NCBI GenBank assembly: GCA_031276435.1
Contig: JAISNB010000082.1
Location: 1-45,204, forward strand
DNA: 45,204 nucleotides
Direction: 5' to 3'
Origin: Burkholderiaceae bacterium
GTDB taxonomy: Bacteria; Pseudomonadota; Gammaproteobacteria; Burkholderiales; Burkholderiaceae_C
The notes under the pieces are model-generated. The model had not been told where the DNA came from. It did no database searches and was given only the letters and a program-made list of their open reading frames with translations. Positions 43,499 to 45,204 of this stretch are shown piece after piece. Positions within the stretch are counted from its first letter, which is position 1, and every line of letters starts with the position of its first letter. A program made the position numbers and the translations under genes.

Positions 43499-44455
43499 AT
43501 GCGAAGCCCCAGCTTCCCGGCACGCTGGAGACGGTTGCAGCCGCACTGCTGCGCGTGCAGACCCTGCCGGATGGCACGCGGATCGGTCGCTTTCGTTATG
43601 GTGATCGCTATCTTGCGCGCGCTGAGGCAGTGGCGCTCGATCCGTTCCGGCTGCCGTTGGCCAGACAGGTTTTTGAGTTCACCCAGCTCAAGGGCATTGC
43701 AGGCGCGGTTCGTGACGCCGCCCCGGATGCCTGGGGCCGACGGGTGATCGCTTGGCAAATTTCCGGCCAGGGACGATCGCTGCAATTTGCAGCGGATCGA
43801 GTTCGCGACGCTCGATCTGGCCCGGCGCTGCGGCCTGAACGTCACTCAGGCGCGGCTGCAATCCGTTGGCAGCCATGATGTGCTGATGTTGCAGCGTTTC
43901 GATCGGGAGTACGCCGGAAACGGCTATCTGCGCTTTGGCATGGTCAGCGCATTGACCATGCTCGGTTGTGGTGACAGCCCTCTGGACAGGGGCCAGTGGT
44001 CCTATCCCCTGCTGGCAGACAACCTGCGGCGCTGGTCTGACAAGCCCGAAGCCGATTGCGCCGAACTGTTTGGCCGCATGGTCTTTAACGCGGCCGTGAC
44101 CAACAACGACGATCACCCGCGCAACCATGCCGTGCTGCGCCGGCAGAAGGGCTGGCGGCTCTCGCCAGCCTACGACCTGGTGCCCGCACCTGTGCTCAGC
44201 CTTGAACGGCGTGATCTCGCGTTGACCGTGGGCAGCTATGGCCGCAGCGCCAGCATCCATAACCTCTTGTCCCAGGCGCCTCGATTTGGCTTGTCCGTGG
44301 AGGACGCGCGTCAGGAAATTGGGCGAATCGTCGGGGTGGTTCGGCAATGGCGAGACAGTTTTCTTGCCTGTGGCGTGTCCGCGAAAGACATTGAATACAT
44401 TGCACCGGCCATCTTGCCGGAGTGTTTTTTTATCGAGGGAAGGCCGGATGCTTGA
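43488..44455 (+). pseudogene. HipA-family kinase toxin, frameshifted with internal deletion
   Basis: FRYG..YL and DAAPDAWGRRVI joined directly to KFP..DD; then RFDR, NNDDHPRNH and LSPAYDLVP. The glycine-rich ATP loop (GGARPK-type) is missing. Confidence 0.88.
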
Positions 44456-44548
44456 GGCTGCTGAACATGAAGATACAGCGGTCAGGGCTTTTGAGGATTG
44501 CGTTGGAGCGCGCGGGACAAGTGGCAATGCGTCCACAGCGCGCCCAAG

Positions 44549-44570
44549 AAAAAGGCCCCGGACGGGGCCT
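44549..44570 (-). terminator. Rho-independent terminator-like hairpin
   Basis: AGGCCCC-GGAC-GGGGCCT followed by TTTT on the minus strand. Confidence 0.45.
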
Positions 44571-44691
44571 GTGAAATTGAGGGGGGGGGAGAAACAGTCG
44601 TGCTCTGCGCATCCATCCCGGACTTTCCTGAAGTCAGGGTTGGCCCGATGCGCGCGCCGCCGAGAGGATAGCACCCTGTTCGTTGGCGTCA

Positions 44692-45204
<513 letters not shown>

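Overview
GC-rich betaproteobacterial chromosome segment; the DnaK/DnaJ sequences look Comamonadaceae-like (inference). It has three zones. (1) 1-4.9 kb is core genome: the 3' part of an M48-type peptidase gene converging on an intact grpE-dnaK-dnaJ operon with two sigma32-type promoters. (2) About 5.1-13 kb and 39.4-45.2 kb hold debris of a PFGI-1/ICEclc-class integrative conjugative element: truncated MobH relaxase, helicase tail, two integrase N-termini, and broken PFL_4710/PFL_4711-family genes. The same flanks contain IS4 and IS110 fragments, REP-like repeats and five toxin-antitoxin modules, of which only the RES pair is intact. (3) 13.0-39.3 kb, sandwiched inside that debris, is an essentially intact 26-kb organosulfur-scavenging island. 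It encodes three DszC/SfnB-like monooxygenases, two luciferase-like monooxygenases (one DszA/NtaA-type), a DszB-like desulfinase retaining Cys/His/Arg, an NfsA/Frp-type flavin reductase, an aldo-keto reductase, a DUF3088 protein and an SsuABC-like transporter. It also has five paralogous family-5 binding proteins served by one Dpp-type permease/ATPase, arranged as alternating enzyme/binding-protein pairs. Its soluble proteins are strikingly stripped of Cys and Met. All family calls come from motif recognition by eye, not database searches.
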